The position numbers and the translations under genes are program-made. Below, in pieces: positions 35,952-47,576 of a stretch of DNA of 64,000 nucleotides. The stretch's first letter is position 1, and each line of letters opens with the position of its first letter. Source of the DNA: Lama glama (taxonomy: Eukaryota); NCBI GenBank assembly GCA_028534125.1, contig CM052817.1, positions 80,540,001-80,604,000 on the forward strand. Direction: 5' to 3'. The notes beneath the pieces were generated by a model. That model saw only the letters and a list, made by a program, of their open reading frames with translations. It ran no database searches and was not told the origin of the DNA.

Positions 35952-38900
35952 GTAGCATTCTCAGCACAAAAAGAGGTAGGCGTTTGCTCAGTAAAGAAAG
36001 AAAGGGATGATTTAAAATCTGTCCAAGTGTAGGATGCCTGCAGAGGCAGTGAGGAAGTGCCCTCGTGGCAGGGACCTTGAAGGTGGAGCCAAGCGCAGGG
36101 CATTTAGTTTGTCTGGTGGTTAAAAAGCACGGCCACGGGCTGCCACCACCAAATCTACCCACTTGCCTGCATCCGGACTTGGGCTCCCTACTTGCTGTTC
36201 CTCTGTCCCTTTCCATTTTCTGTGAACTGGTAGTTTGATTCAGAGATTGACTGCAGTCAGCTTAGATGATGATGATTTTAACAAGAATAATTCAGAAGAT
36301 GTGCTTAGTAAGTATTGTCTCTCTGTTGTGATGTTAGTGGTCACTGATGTTCATTTCTTCCTTCGGGGAAAGCCAGACTTCTTACTCGCTTGGCTGCTGC
36401 CTCTTCCATCCACAGTAACTGAAACTTCATAATCTTCGGTGGAATAGGCGTGGCCTTCAGAAAAAAGGATCAGGCACCCGCGTTCTTACGTCCGCGTTTG
36501 CCTGCATCCCCACATACGCTTCCTTGTCAAAATGAATTATTTCAGTGCTATTTCAAGAGAAGGCCTAGGCGACCTTCTTAATCAGGACTGTTGGCTGGCA
36601 GTGTGAAGGGGTAGGGGAGCGAGGAAGAGCAGGCTCTGCCGTGAGCATGTGTCGTGCAAACATTTACCCCCGCCACCCCTGCCAGAGAAGAAGCATATGA
36701 CCCTGTGTACTTTATTTTCATACTGTGTTTTTGCAGTGAGGGATAAAACCAAATCCTTCCATTTACCCTTCCCCGCGAGGCGGGGGTGGGGTGCGTTGGG
36801 GGTGGGGGTTGAGGGTGGCGGAGGGCAGCAGAAAGGGGATTGGGGAGCAGCCCGGTTGTGAATCAAGGGATGGGCGTTTGCTTTCGTTGGCTCTGGTGCC
36901 AGCCCAATCTGGGGACCTGGGTGAAGCGTCTTTAATGCTTTCCCTTTATAGAAGTCCATAAATACAATCTGGGGGAGATCATACAGGACTCAACTAGTCT
37001 GGAAGCTAAATCACCTGTGATGTCTTGACGGAGATTTTCTTCCGCAGAGATGGAACAGACTCCTTTGCTGAGGTGGAAGAGCCAGGGTATTACAGTGTCT
37101 TAAACTGTTTACACTTCGGAAAGTTTTTTTTTTTTTGAATTGCTTTCACAAGTTGAAAGGTCCTATATTATTTCTATGGTTTTGGAATTCTCGGAAGGAA
37201 GGCTGGATTTTTCTGCTTTATGGTTTATCTGAAACAAAACTTCCTGAAGCAGTCAGGAAAGAAGACAGCAAGAAAATTGAGACTGGCCCTCTGCCTACTG
37301 GTGGGAGAGTTGCTTAACTACTCTGACCCTCAGTTTCTTAATCTGTGAAAATATGAATAATAATACCTAACTCAAGGGTTTCATGGCGGTTGAGTGATGT
37401 AGGTCTGAAAGCACTGTGGGCTGGATTCCTGGTACCAGGTGCTGAACAACGATTGACTTCTTTGCCTGGTCTTGCCTTCATCTTCTCTGTAAGGCGTTGT
37501 GTGTAATAGGCGCTCAAGACGCACTCGTAATTGATTTCATTTTAGGGAAGCTTTTCCTTGATGATGTAGAGCGAGATCCCTTTGTTGGTGACAAACTTGC
37601 GCCAATTCCCATTGGAGGATGGGTTGCCTTGGGGAAGTCAGCTTGTGAATCAGTGCCTGTTAACATTTCGTATGTAATAGCTACCATGAGAGGAAAAATG
37701 CTCATTTATTTTTCTGAGAAGGGCTGTGGTGGTTATATTGTCATTGTTGGCAAGTTTTATGGACTTAAAAATTATAGTCGTCCTTGCGAGGACTCCCTCT
37801 GCCTCCTCAGCGGTTGAGTGGCCCAGCAGTGGATCACTAATTCCAACCATCTTGTGTGAACTTGGGTTAGTTAGCTTAGAGGATGGCTCCTTCTCCTGTA
37901 GCCTTTGTTTGAGGGTTACTTTTATGAGCTCGTGGTACGTTAGGCATTGACTTCACCCCTCAGGGCTAGCATCCTTTTAGTATTTATTTATGTGTTTTTT
38001 ACATTTTTGAGTGAGTTTTAAGAGTCCTTTATATGTTCTGTATACTCTCCCTTTATCAGATGTGTGATTGGCAAACTTTTTCTCCAATCACTTATTTTTA
38101 AATGGTTGGAGCCAATGAAATCTTTTTGAAATAAATCTGTTTTGAGCAGTATATAGCAACTCCTCGTAGATGAGTCATAGTTGGTTTAAAATCTGATCTA
38201 AGGTTACTTTTACTTGCCTATGGATTCTTTGCTCAAACTTTATATAGCTAAGAAGCTTAAAAAAATTTTTTTAAAGCCTCTGTGAAGATAAAACATACAA
38301 GATAATATGTGCCTACAATTGCTTTACCAAGGTTTCAGAAGAAATAACAACAAAACAAAACAACTAAGAAGTTTCTTTGTCAAAGGTCTGGAAAATACAA
38401 CTTTTGGATCGATTTTTGGGAGACCTGTTTTGCATTAAAATACCAAATAAAACAAAATGATGGATTCTTTTGGCACCATTTGGGTTGGGCTTATGTGATG
38501 AGAACTGTACATAAAAGACAGCCAGTTATTGTCAGAGTTGACAGATTTTTGGGTACCGTCTACTTGTTCAGTAAAGTCCCAGGGGTGAGGAGCTTTTCCA
38601 AAATTCTTGCGCCAGGAACGATGCAAACTTCGGCTGTAAAAGACTGACATTATCTTCCCAGTTCTATAGCTACCTCTGAATTGTGGTCTTGCCTGGCACA
38701 CCAAATTAGTTCCTGTGATTTTCTGGACAACTTTTATCCTTCTTGACATGGCTTCATTTTATTTTTTTCCGAGTTTGAAAGTTGCCCGAAAGCATTGGTC
38801 AGATTTTAACAGGATCCCCGGGCAGAGGTAGCTCAGACAGGGAAATGACTCAGAGCACATCCTAGGAGCAGCACGGTGATTAGCTTAATTGGAGTATAGG

Positions 38901-40259
38901 TGATGTCTAGGGGTTTTCTGAGAAAGAACGCTGGAAAGGGATTTGGGGGGGGCATATTTGGAAAGCTTTGCATGCCAGAACAAGGAACTGGTACTTAATT
39001 TACTTAATTTTTGGCAGTATGGATTCATTTTAATCTGATGAAACACATGCTGGAGAACTCCTCAGGAGGCCAGTGATCAAGAGGAGATGTGACGAGGGTT
39101 GAATGGGGTGGAAGTGAAGACAGGAAGCACACCAAGACCAATTGCCTTCATTCTGCCACATTACGTTGAATGCGCTTGTAATGTAGTGTGGCGTCCATCA
39201 CTAAATGGAACTGTATGCCTGTTCATAGAAATAACCTCAGGCTGATGTCAAGTCCAAGGTTAAATGAAGGATAAATGTGTTCAGCAAATATTCATGCGTG
39301 TTAGGTGGCTGTGGGGAGAGGTTGGACCACAAATTTACATCCCTGGGTGGAGGTTGAACTGAAAGGTGATTCTTGAAGTCAGTGCAAACCTAATGACACT
39401 TTCTTTCGGCATGTCACAATTTCTAACATTTATTCCCTTTTTGGCCTCATTTTATCTTTAGGGCAGTTTGGTCAGGTAGCCTCTAGGGTCTTCACTGGGT
39501 AGAAGTGAGTCATAAAGAGGGTAAATACCTTGGTCAAAGTACAAAGGTGGCAGAAACCAAACCCTGAATCCTTGTTTCTAGGGCCCAGGTCCATTTCCTA
39601 CCATTTTTGAATCCTACGTCAGCAGAACTCAATGACCCATTCATTTGCAGTTTAATGAATCTGTTTGTGAATGTGGGCTGTTCACCATTTCCATCAAAGT
39701 AATGTTAACCCCACCACCACCACCCGCCGAATGCTTTGTTTCCTACCTGAACTTCTAAGGGCAGTGTGAGAATTGCATTGTGATTCACCGCCCAGTGCCC
39801 CTGGCACAGGTGCAGGAGAGGATGCAGCCCTGTTTGGATGAAACATACTCGAATGAACCCTGATAGCATTTCCAACGACAGGTCAGAACCGTTAAGCACT
39901 GAATAAATGCTAATTGATGAGCAGTGTTCCTGGGAATCAGAAAGATGCCTGAGAATGTGCCTTAACTAGAACTGTGAATGGTTCCCGAGTGGCTCTGGAT
40001 TCACTGTGCTTTTCTAAGTGCCTCATTTATGGCCAGGCTTCGGGGGAGACCTTAGCTCCTTGAGTTTATTGTTGGTAATATTTGATATATTATTTGAAGT
40101 AAATTGAAAGCATTCCTTGAAATGCTGCTTTCTACTCTCTTCTATCTTTTTACACAAAATTTAATTCTCAATTTACAGATTAATTCCTGACTTTCAACTG
40201 AGCTCACAGAAACAAGATTCCATGGTTAGCAGTGAGCTGCCTCTAGGAGACACCTGGTA

Positions 40260-41160
40260 AGGACTTGATTTTGATGATGAGATCCTAGACTTCTATCCTG
40301 AGCCGAGGCCAGAGTCTGATGCCATCGTGGAGGGTCTTGGGAGGGAGGGAGTGTATTTTTAATGTGGGAGGTGTGTTAGCATTTGTGGCCAGAGGGAGGA
40401 GGACTGTGGCAGTTTTAAGACATGGCTGCACATTCATCGAGAGGAGGGTCTTGTCCCCTCTCTTTGAATCTGGATGGACTTAAAACTGTCTTGAAAAATA
40501 GAGTGTGAGAGAAGTGATGCTTTGTGACTTCCAAGGCTAGGTGATGCCAGACCAGGCGGTTTTGGCTTTGTTCACTACAACACTTACTCTGGAACCCTGA
40601 ACTGCCAGGCTGGAGGTGACCCCTCTGTAGCTCTCATCCTGGAGAGGCTTCTCATCAGTGTTCTGGTTAACAGTTTGTGCTGAGTTCAGCCTTCCAGCCA
40701 TCCTTGCCAAGATGGAAGACATGGAAGTGAAGCAGTTGTGGACTCTTCAAACCAGTCCTGCTGCTAGTTGGATACCAGTGGATTACCTACCTAGATACAC
40801 ATGCAACAGAAGAATCACCCAGCTGAGCCCTGCCCAAATTACGGACCCACAGCATTGTGAGAAATAATGAAATGGTTGTTCTGAGGTCCTTCCACTGGGC
40901 TGTATTTCATTCTGGAAATATGGATTGAGTAACTTCTACAGGCGCAGTTCTGTTTTGGTTTAGCGGTAGGATCCAAAGATGCAGACAGTCTTTGTTCTCC
41001 AGGAGACAAGCTTATTTGGGAGGCAATGGTGAGAAGTGAAATAGCAAACAGGAAGTTAAGTACCATCAGAGGAAATGTGATGTGATAACGCATGCTAAGC
41101 TTTGGGGTACTTTGTTATATAGAAATGGTTAAGTGGAACAGAATTTGGTATCAGAAGTGA
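40260..41160 (+). mobile_element. MLT1 MaLR: internal 3' end, polypurine tract, LTR (40405-41140, interrupted at 40881-41090) and start of internal sequence
   Basis: agagggaggaggac|tgtggcag junction; gtcccctctctttgaatctgg; gaagtgatgctttgtgacttccaaggctaggt; LTR end ctaagctttggggtactttgttat...ggaaca followed by gaatttggtatcagaagtg. Confidence 0.75.
40881..41090 (+). repeat. direct duplicate (copy A) of 42728-42963
   Basis: colinear matches including attgagtaacttctaca, tagcggtaggatcca, ggagacaagct, ggtgagaagtgaa and tagcaaacaggaagttaa. Confidence 0.9.
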
Positions 41161-41399
41161 GAAGAACTGAGGGAATGCCTACCTGCCTGAAGAAGTCTAA
41201 GAATTAAGTGGTTAAGTAGTTTACATCCGCAATGCCCAGTTATATCTGTGATGGGAAGTTTCTCTGCTAGTCTGAAAACACCTGAAAGTGTGTATGAGTG
41301 TGTGTGTGTAGTTATATAGTACTTATGACCAACTCCAGAGTGAATTGTTACATAGATGACTGATCTTCCTCATTCCTTGCCATACAGAAGATGAGGGTC

Positions 41400-41570
41400 T
41401 AGATTCTTGCTACTCCTAGCAGGGTCTGAGGACCAACAACATTGGTGCTACTTGGGAGTTTGTTAGAAAAGCAGATTCTCAGGCCCTGCTCCAGATTCTG
41501 AATCAGAATCTACATTTAACAAGACCCCAAGAGATTCCAGCACACATTAAAGTTGGAGGAACATGGGTCT
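41400..41570. mobile_element. MER5-like MITE
   Basis: tgggagtttgttagaaaagcagattctcaggccc...ctgaatcagaatctacatttaacaag. Confidence 0.8.
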
Positions 41571-41829
41571 AAGCTTTACTGCTTCTGTTACTATGGCTAC
41601 CACTAAACGCCAAAGGAGAGCATCCCCCTTTTGTCCCATGTGTGAACAATTTATATACATTGCTGCATATAATTTTATTCTCAGAATAACAATGCAACAC
41701 AGATATTATCTTCTCTGTTATATACACAAGGAAGCCAAGGCTTAGGGACCTCAAAGAAGCTGCTTGCCTAAAGCGGCACAGCTAGTGAGCGCCGGCCACA
41801 GGAATGGAACCGAGGCCTGTCTGCTTCCA

Positions 41830-42235
41830 GAGCACAGACACAGTGAAGCCTAAGGGTTCAAATGTGGTATATTTGGAAGGCGCTCCCAGGAGACAACCTG
41901 TAGGGGAGTGGGGAAGTGAGACAGAAGTGGGGAGGAGAGATGAGGGGTTCATTACTGAGCCACTTACTATTCTGGACAACTGGAACTTCATCCCTGGGAA
42001 CTCTGGGAAATGATTTAGAACAAAATCTTGGGGTTATTCCACCTGGATGACGAGGGAGTTGTGTAGAGGGCTGCTTCTGGGGGTGCCAATTCCTTGGTAT
42101 TTTCAGGCAACTGAATATGTAAGCTAAGAGGGCACAGGTGGTGACAGAAATCTCTTAGGGAAAGAAATGCTGGTGCTGGCAGTCAGAATGAGGGTAGGAG
42201 GATGTGGGTGGGGTACCCCCAGTACCTGCTGCACT
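41830..42235 (-). mobile_element. ERVL LTR (LTR33-like)
   Basis: atttggaaggcgctcccagga...gggagtggggaagtgagacag...ggacaactgg resembles antisense LTR33. Confidence 0.55.
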
Positions 42236-42727
42236 GTGCTCGCCTGTATCTTAGACAGATTTCTCAGAAATGCATCTTCCTGTTCATTTTTATTTATCGG
42301 ACCCATTACTGTTATAAAATTAAGGGAAATATACCTCAAGTCCTTATTCTTAGAGTACTGGCGTTGTTTTTCAGACCTTAAAAGAAAATCTGAATAGTGT
42401 AAAAGATCACATCAAGTCATTTTACCTTAACAATAAAGATGTTTTCATCCCACTGTGTTCCCTGGCAGCACTCACCTATATACACATACCTTCTTAAGTT
42501 CTCTCTTTTAACCGTGATGTATCATTACCACTTTCTCTTCGGCTACCTAGTCTTTAAAAGGTAATGATGCACGACTCCGAAACATCCCATTGTGCGGCTG
42601 CCACAATGCATGGAACAAGTCCCCTATTGCTGTGCATTTAGGCCAAGAAACGCATCTTAAGTGGCACAAATACAGGAAGAGAGAACTTTTCCAGCATATG
42701 AGTACAGCTCAGTTTAGTTGACGGTGA

Positions 42728-42963
42728 CTGTGGTCCTTTCACTGACTGTATTTCATTCAGGAAATATGTATTGAGTAACTTCTACATGCCCAGCTCTGTG
42801 TTGGGCCTAGCGGTAGGATCCAGAGATACAGACAGCCTTTGTCCTCCGGAGACAAGCTGGATTGTGAAGCAGTCGGTGAGAAGTGAAGTAGCAAACAGGA
42901 AGTTAAATACCAGTAGGAGAAATTTACAGGTAAATACTGGTAAATACCAGTGATGTGCTAATG
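42728..42963 (+). repeat. direct duplicate (copy B, probable source; overlaps an antisense L2 3' end)
   Basis: aligns with 40881-41090; cattcaggaaatatgtattgagtaacttctacatgcccag is an antisense L2 tail. Confidence 0.85.
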
Positions 42964-43423
42964 GGGGCTAAACCTAGGCTATGTTTGAACGAGCTTAGAA
43001 GTTTACGTTATACCACGGGTCACTGAGTTTGATCTTGTTATCTTTTAATTCGGTAACGCATGGGCAGAAACTCTATATTGGTTCTCATGAGACTAATGAA
43101 TGGAAAGGGTCCTGGACCCCTGAATGCATATTCAACAAGCACATATTTATTGGGAATGAGCGAGGAAGGTGTGAAACTATTCGTGACCTGGTCACACAGA
43201 TTGCTGAGAGCTCTAGGACTCCCCACAGATTTGTTTTCACATATTGCTGGGGTTTGAGCCCAGGGCCATCAGACTCCAGAGCCCTGCCCTGGACTCCTAT
43301 GTTATGCTACCTGCTAAGAAAAATGAGGATAGACTACTAGTGGATGCTTCCTACAGGATCTGAGAAGGGGTAAAGAGGTTCTTAGAGTTTAATGCCCATT
43401 ACTACTCTACGTATCAAAAAGTA

Positions 43424-43564
43424 GGGGAGGAAGGTATAGGTCTGGTGATAGAGCACATGCTTAGTATGCATGAGGTCCTGGGTTCAATCCCCAGTACCTC
43501 CTCCAAGAATAAATAAATAAACCTAATTACCTCCACCCACCAAAAAAAAGAAAAAAATTAAAAA
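43424..43564 (+). mobile_element. tRNA-Ala-derived SINE (Vic-1 type), long form
   Basis: agagcacatgcttagtatgcatgaggtcctgggttcaatccccagtacctcc with aataaataaataaacctaattacctcc tail and poly(A). Confidence 0.85.
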
Positions 43565-43567
43565 TTG

Positions 43568-43990
43568 ATGTTAGCTGATCTAAGCAGAAAAAAAGATCCT
43601 GAATGGCTCATAGACTTTCCAGGAAGATTCTAGGCTCAGAGGCCATGTATCCAGGAACAATGCCCCAAATCATACACTGAAATGAACCCAATGAACACAC
43701 TTCTGTGCTGCTAACCACACCGTCGACCCCACTAATATGGGTCTTGTTATTTAGCCCTTGCTTTGGCTGCTTCTGGAATGAGGATTCAGCCACACAGGGT
43801 CCACATGCACTCTGCACGCTACCTGCTTCTTCCTGACACGCCACTGGATGGTGATTCCAAGTCTGGGGCAGGTGATTCCAGTTGACAGAGGCTATGACAG
43901 GTGCTAGTCAGGGAGGCTGGGAAAGCACATACCTAGCACTTTTAACTTCTGTGAGGAGCAGAGCCATCAAGTGCTGGGGGACCCAAGAAT
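43568..43990 (-). mobile_element. old MLT1 MaLR LTR
   Basis: agctgatctaagcagaaaaa, aatgccccaaatcatac and cagggaggctgggaaagc motifs. Confidence 0.5.
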
Positions 43991-44322
43991 GACACATTCC
44001 ACAGCTGCCCTTTGGTTCTTTTTTGATTCCTTCATATCATTCTCCTGTCTCTCTTCTGGTAAGCAGAATCTATCCACGCTTCACGGTTCAGCTTTTATCC
44101 CACTCCCTCTGTGAAATTTTCTGGGACCCCTCTAGGTTTTGGTTTTATTCCTCTTTTGAACCTCAACATTAGTTCCAGCCAACATGAGTTGTGAAAACAT
44201 AATATTTACAAGTTGACTTCATATCATTAGACCTGAACCTCATTGTCCCAAAGAACTGTTGTGTCTAGAATCATATTTGGGGGCTTTTTTGAATGGTTGG
44301 TAGAGAAATAGCTTGTTTGTGC

Positions 44323-44819
44323 TGTCGACTGAAATAAATGCACAGCCTAAAAGTTAAAAGAATTATGTTTTATTTGGTAGGAGGACTCGAGCCGGGATGA
44401 CAGCCCCTCAGATTGCTCTGAGGGACTGCTCTGAAGAAGTAGGGGAGGAGCTGGCATATATAGGAGCTTTACAATGAAGACCAGGTAGTTGGAACAATAA
44501 GCGATTGCTTGTTAGCTAAAGAAAACCAGGCATCTTAAGTTACAGAATTTAGTGCTTTTCTGTGTATGGGAGGAAGCAAACATCTGGGCTCATTGTATTC
44601 ATTCCTTTGACAAGCACCTAGCTATCTAGGGTCAGTATCCTGTCCTTTCTTATTCTGAGTCCGCTCAGGGTGCCCCACTGTGAGTGGCTGTGGAGGCTGG
44701 GCTGCAGGCCTGTCCTCACTTGGGGTGGCGGCAGCCGCTGATGACTTGGTTTCAGCATTGTTTACTGACATGGTTGCAGTATTTTCATTCACATTGCAGT
44801 ATTTTCGTTCACAGTCACA
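44323..44819 (-). mobile_element. solo ERV1 LTR, MER41-like (cetartiodactyl type)
   Basis: TG...CA termini with 4-bp TSD gtgc; antisense poly(A) signal (tttatt at about 44368) and TATA (tatatagg at about 44457); cagattgctctgagggactgctc motif. Confidence 0.75.
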
Positions 44820-45812
44820 GTGCTAATAGCTTCCTCTCCTTCCCCCCAGCCTGCTCCCCTTGTTCTGTCTTTGGTCTTTACCTAATGGTCAACACCATTT
44901 GGTGTTGTTGCTAATATTTTGTGTTATTTTCTTGACACCTTAACTAGATGAAATTCCCACTGCGGGTAACAATGATATTTAGTAGCTCTTCTATGATGTC
45001 CATAATATGGTATAAACAGGACATGCTTATTGGTTGGTTGAGAATAAATATGCCTGAAAAATGCAATATTGTATTGCATATATGGGTACTTTTATCCAGT
45101 TAGGTATTCACTCGATGTCAGAATACCTCATTTGTAGAAACAGTAATTAAACTTCCTCCTCTTCCTGTAAAACTTTCCCTTTAAGTAGGGATTGACAATG
45201 GAATATTTTATAACAGGACTGAAGATTCTCTTAGAAACATCAAGTCCGTGGCCCTCATAGAAAGAATCCCCTTGGTGTGTCTACCCACAAAAGTTGACTG
45301 CATAATCCTTTAATATGCTTTCCAACAGACTGATTTCAATGGGAATGAGGAGCAAGTTTTCAGTACTGAATAGTTTACCTGTTAGACTTTTCTTGGTAGA
45401 GATATATACCGCCTCTAATAATTGATTTTTATGACAGAAATTATTTGAAAGACTAATACCTGATTGCTCAGCAAAAATGTGCATAATGTGTATTTTCTAT
45501 TATGATTTTCTTTCAAAGGAAAAAAGTCCTTAAGTGATAAATCTTTGTTTTTATTGTGATTTGGAAGATGTGTGTATCCCTTAGATCAAATCTCTTTGTA
45601 TGCTGCACTTAAATAATTTCCAAGTAGAAATGTAGATTCACCCATTACAAACCTCTCCATTACATTATTCTAAGCATCTTGTTGACTCATCTGAAGAGGT
45701 AATGGTATAAAGCTGCATCATTTGTAAATTTGAAGGTCATAAGCCCTTTTCAAAAGAACTGTTTTTCTCTATATGAGATTTCAACTCATTTAAAAATAGT
45801 TATTAAACACTT

Positions 45813-46757
45813 TGGGGGAAAATATTTGCCATTTGCATATCTGATAAAAGGCTAATATCCAGACTATAAAAAGAACTCTCAAAACTCAATAAAAAGGAAA
45901 CTGACCCTCCCAAAATGAACTATATTTCAGTCAACATTTCACCAGAGATGTGTGGATATCAAATAAACACATTAAAAGATGTTCATCATTACTAGTCTCT
46001 AGGGGAATGCAAATTAAAACCACTGTGAGATGTCACTACACACCTATTAAGATGGTGAAAACAAAAAGAAACTGACAATATCAAGTGTTGGTGAGGATGT
46101 GGAGAAACTGGAATTCATATATAGCTGGTGAGACTGTGAAATGAAAGAGCCACTCTGACAAATAGCCAGGCAGTTTCTTATAAAGCAAAGACGACACTTA
46201 CCATATGACCCAGCAATCCTATTTCTAATTATTTATCCAAAAGAAATAAAAACTGTGTTCATACAAAAACCTTCCTGTGAATGCTTGTAGCTGCTGTATT
46301 TACAATTGCCCCAAACTAGAAACAACCCAGTGTCCTCAGCTGGTGAATGGGTTAAAAAAAACAAAACAAACAAACAAACAAAAACTGTGGTGTATTCATA
46401 AGTGGAATACTCCTCGGCAATAAAAGGGAATGAACGGTCACAGAAATAACTTGGAAGAATCTCAAATGCATTATGCTCAGTGAGAGAAGCGACACTCAAA
46501 AGGCTGCAAACTGTATGATTTCGCTTATGGACGTGTGGAGCTTGTATACAGAAACAAAATGGTGGTCTCGGGCTGGGAATGAGAGGAGGGGCTGACTACA
46601 CTCGGAACAGGAGAGTTTGGGGGGCAGCAGAACTGCTTGGTACCTTGATTTTGGTAGTCACGTGACTGCATGCATTTGTCTGGAATCCCAGAACAATACG
46701 CTAAAACGAGTGAAGTTTACATGTGTAAGTTATACCTAAATTCAAAACTAAAAAATT
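45813..46757 (+). mobile_element. old L1 (L1MC/L1MD-like) ORF2 3' end and 3' UTR
   Basis: gaaaatatttgc...atatctgataaaagg, ggaatgcaaattaaaaccac, caagtgttggtgaggatgtggagaaactgga, taccatatgacccagcaatcc. Confidence 0.85.
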
Positions 46758-47229
46758 ACTTAAGTTCACCCTAGGACTGAGATAACTACTAAGTACTGCG
46801 AATGAAGACGTAAGATCAGAAGAAGTAAATTGAAAGGATGCAGCTACGTATAAGACAAGTTAGACCATGATTTTTTAAATTGAGGTGTAACAGAGTGCTA
46901 GGGTAGCATACAGAAGACTGCAGTAAGCGCTAACTGTGTCTCTGTGTGCGCGTGCTCCTGTGTGAGGATGGGAGGTTTGTAAGCCGGGCGGGACTCACGG
47001 AGGAAGCGACAGCTGATGAGTGGGAAACAAAAGTTCCCGGATAAGATTAGTTGGGTGAGGGAGAAGGAGCAGGTACAGCCAAATCACAGTGACTAATGTA
47101 AACAGAGTAAAAGAGGAGTGAGCCAAAAAATGTAGGAGAAAGGCAAGTGTGAGTTTTTAATAAAGAAACCAGTTAAATTTTGTTTATCCAAAGGAGAAGA
47201 AAAGCAAACATTATTGGAAACGTGCAAGC

Positions 47230-47576
47230 TGGGGTTTTTTTGTTAGCTGCAGCTGCTAACCATACAGGCTTCCTGGCAGAGAGCAGGTTATCCATCCTGT
47301 GACTATGAGGACACACCCTCAGTGAGCCCCCAGGCGAAGAGATAATAATAGTATGCGCGCCTGGCAGCCTCCACTCTGGAAGAGTTTATGAGGAGGAAGT
47401 CCGCAATTACATATTTCTGGGCAAACACTAACCAAGATTGAAACCCAGATTTGAAGAAAAATAACAGGCTGGAATCTTCAGACATATTCTGTAGCTGTTC
47501 TGTGGATTGAAAACAGTAGTCAGACACTGCTGACGCTTAAAGCCAAAGGAACTGGGAAGATAGTACCTATAACTTG
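47230..47576 (+). promoter_or_regulatory. candidate alternative promoter and non-coding exon ending at 47576
   Basis: unique sequence with a CpG cluster (tgcgcgcc), ETS GGAAGT 47395-47400, FOX-type GCAAACA and strong donor TTG|GTAAGA at 47576/47577. Confidence 0.35.
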
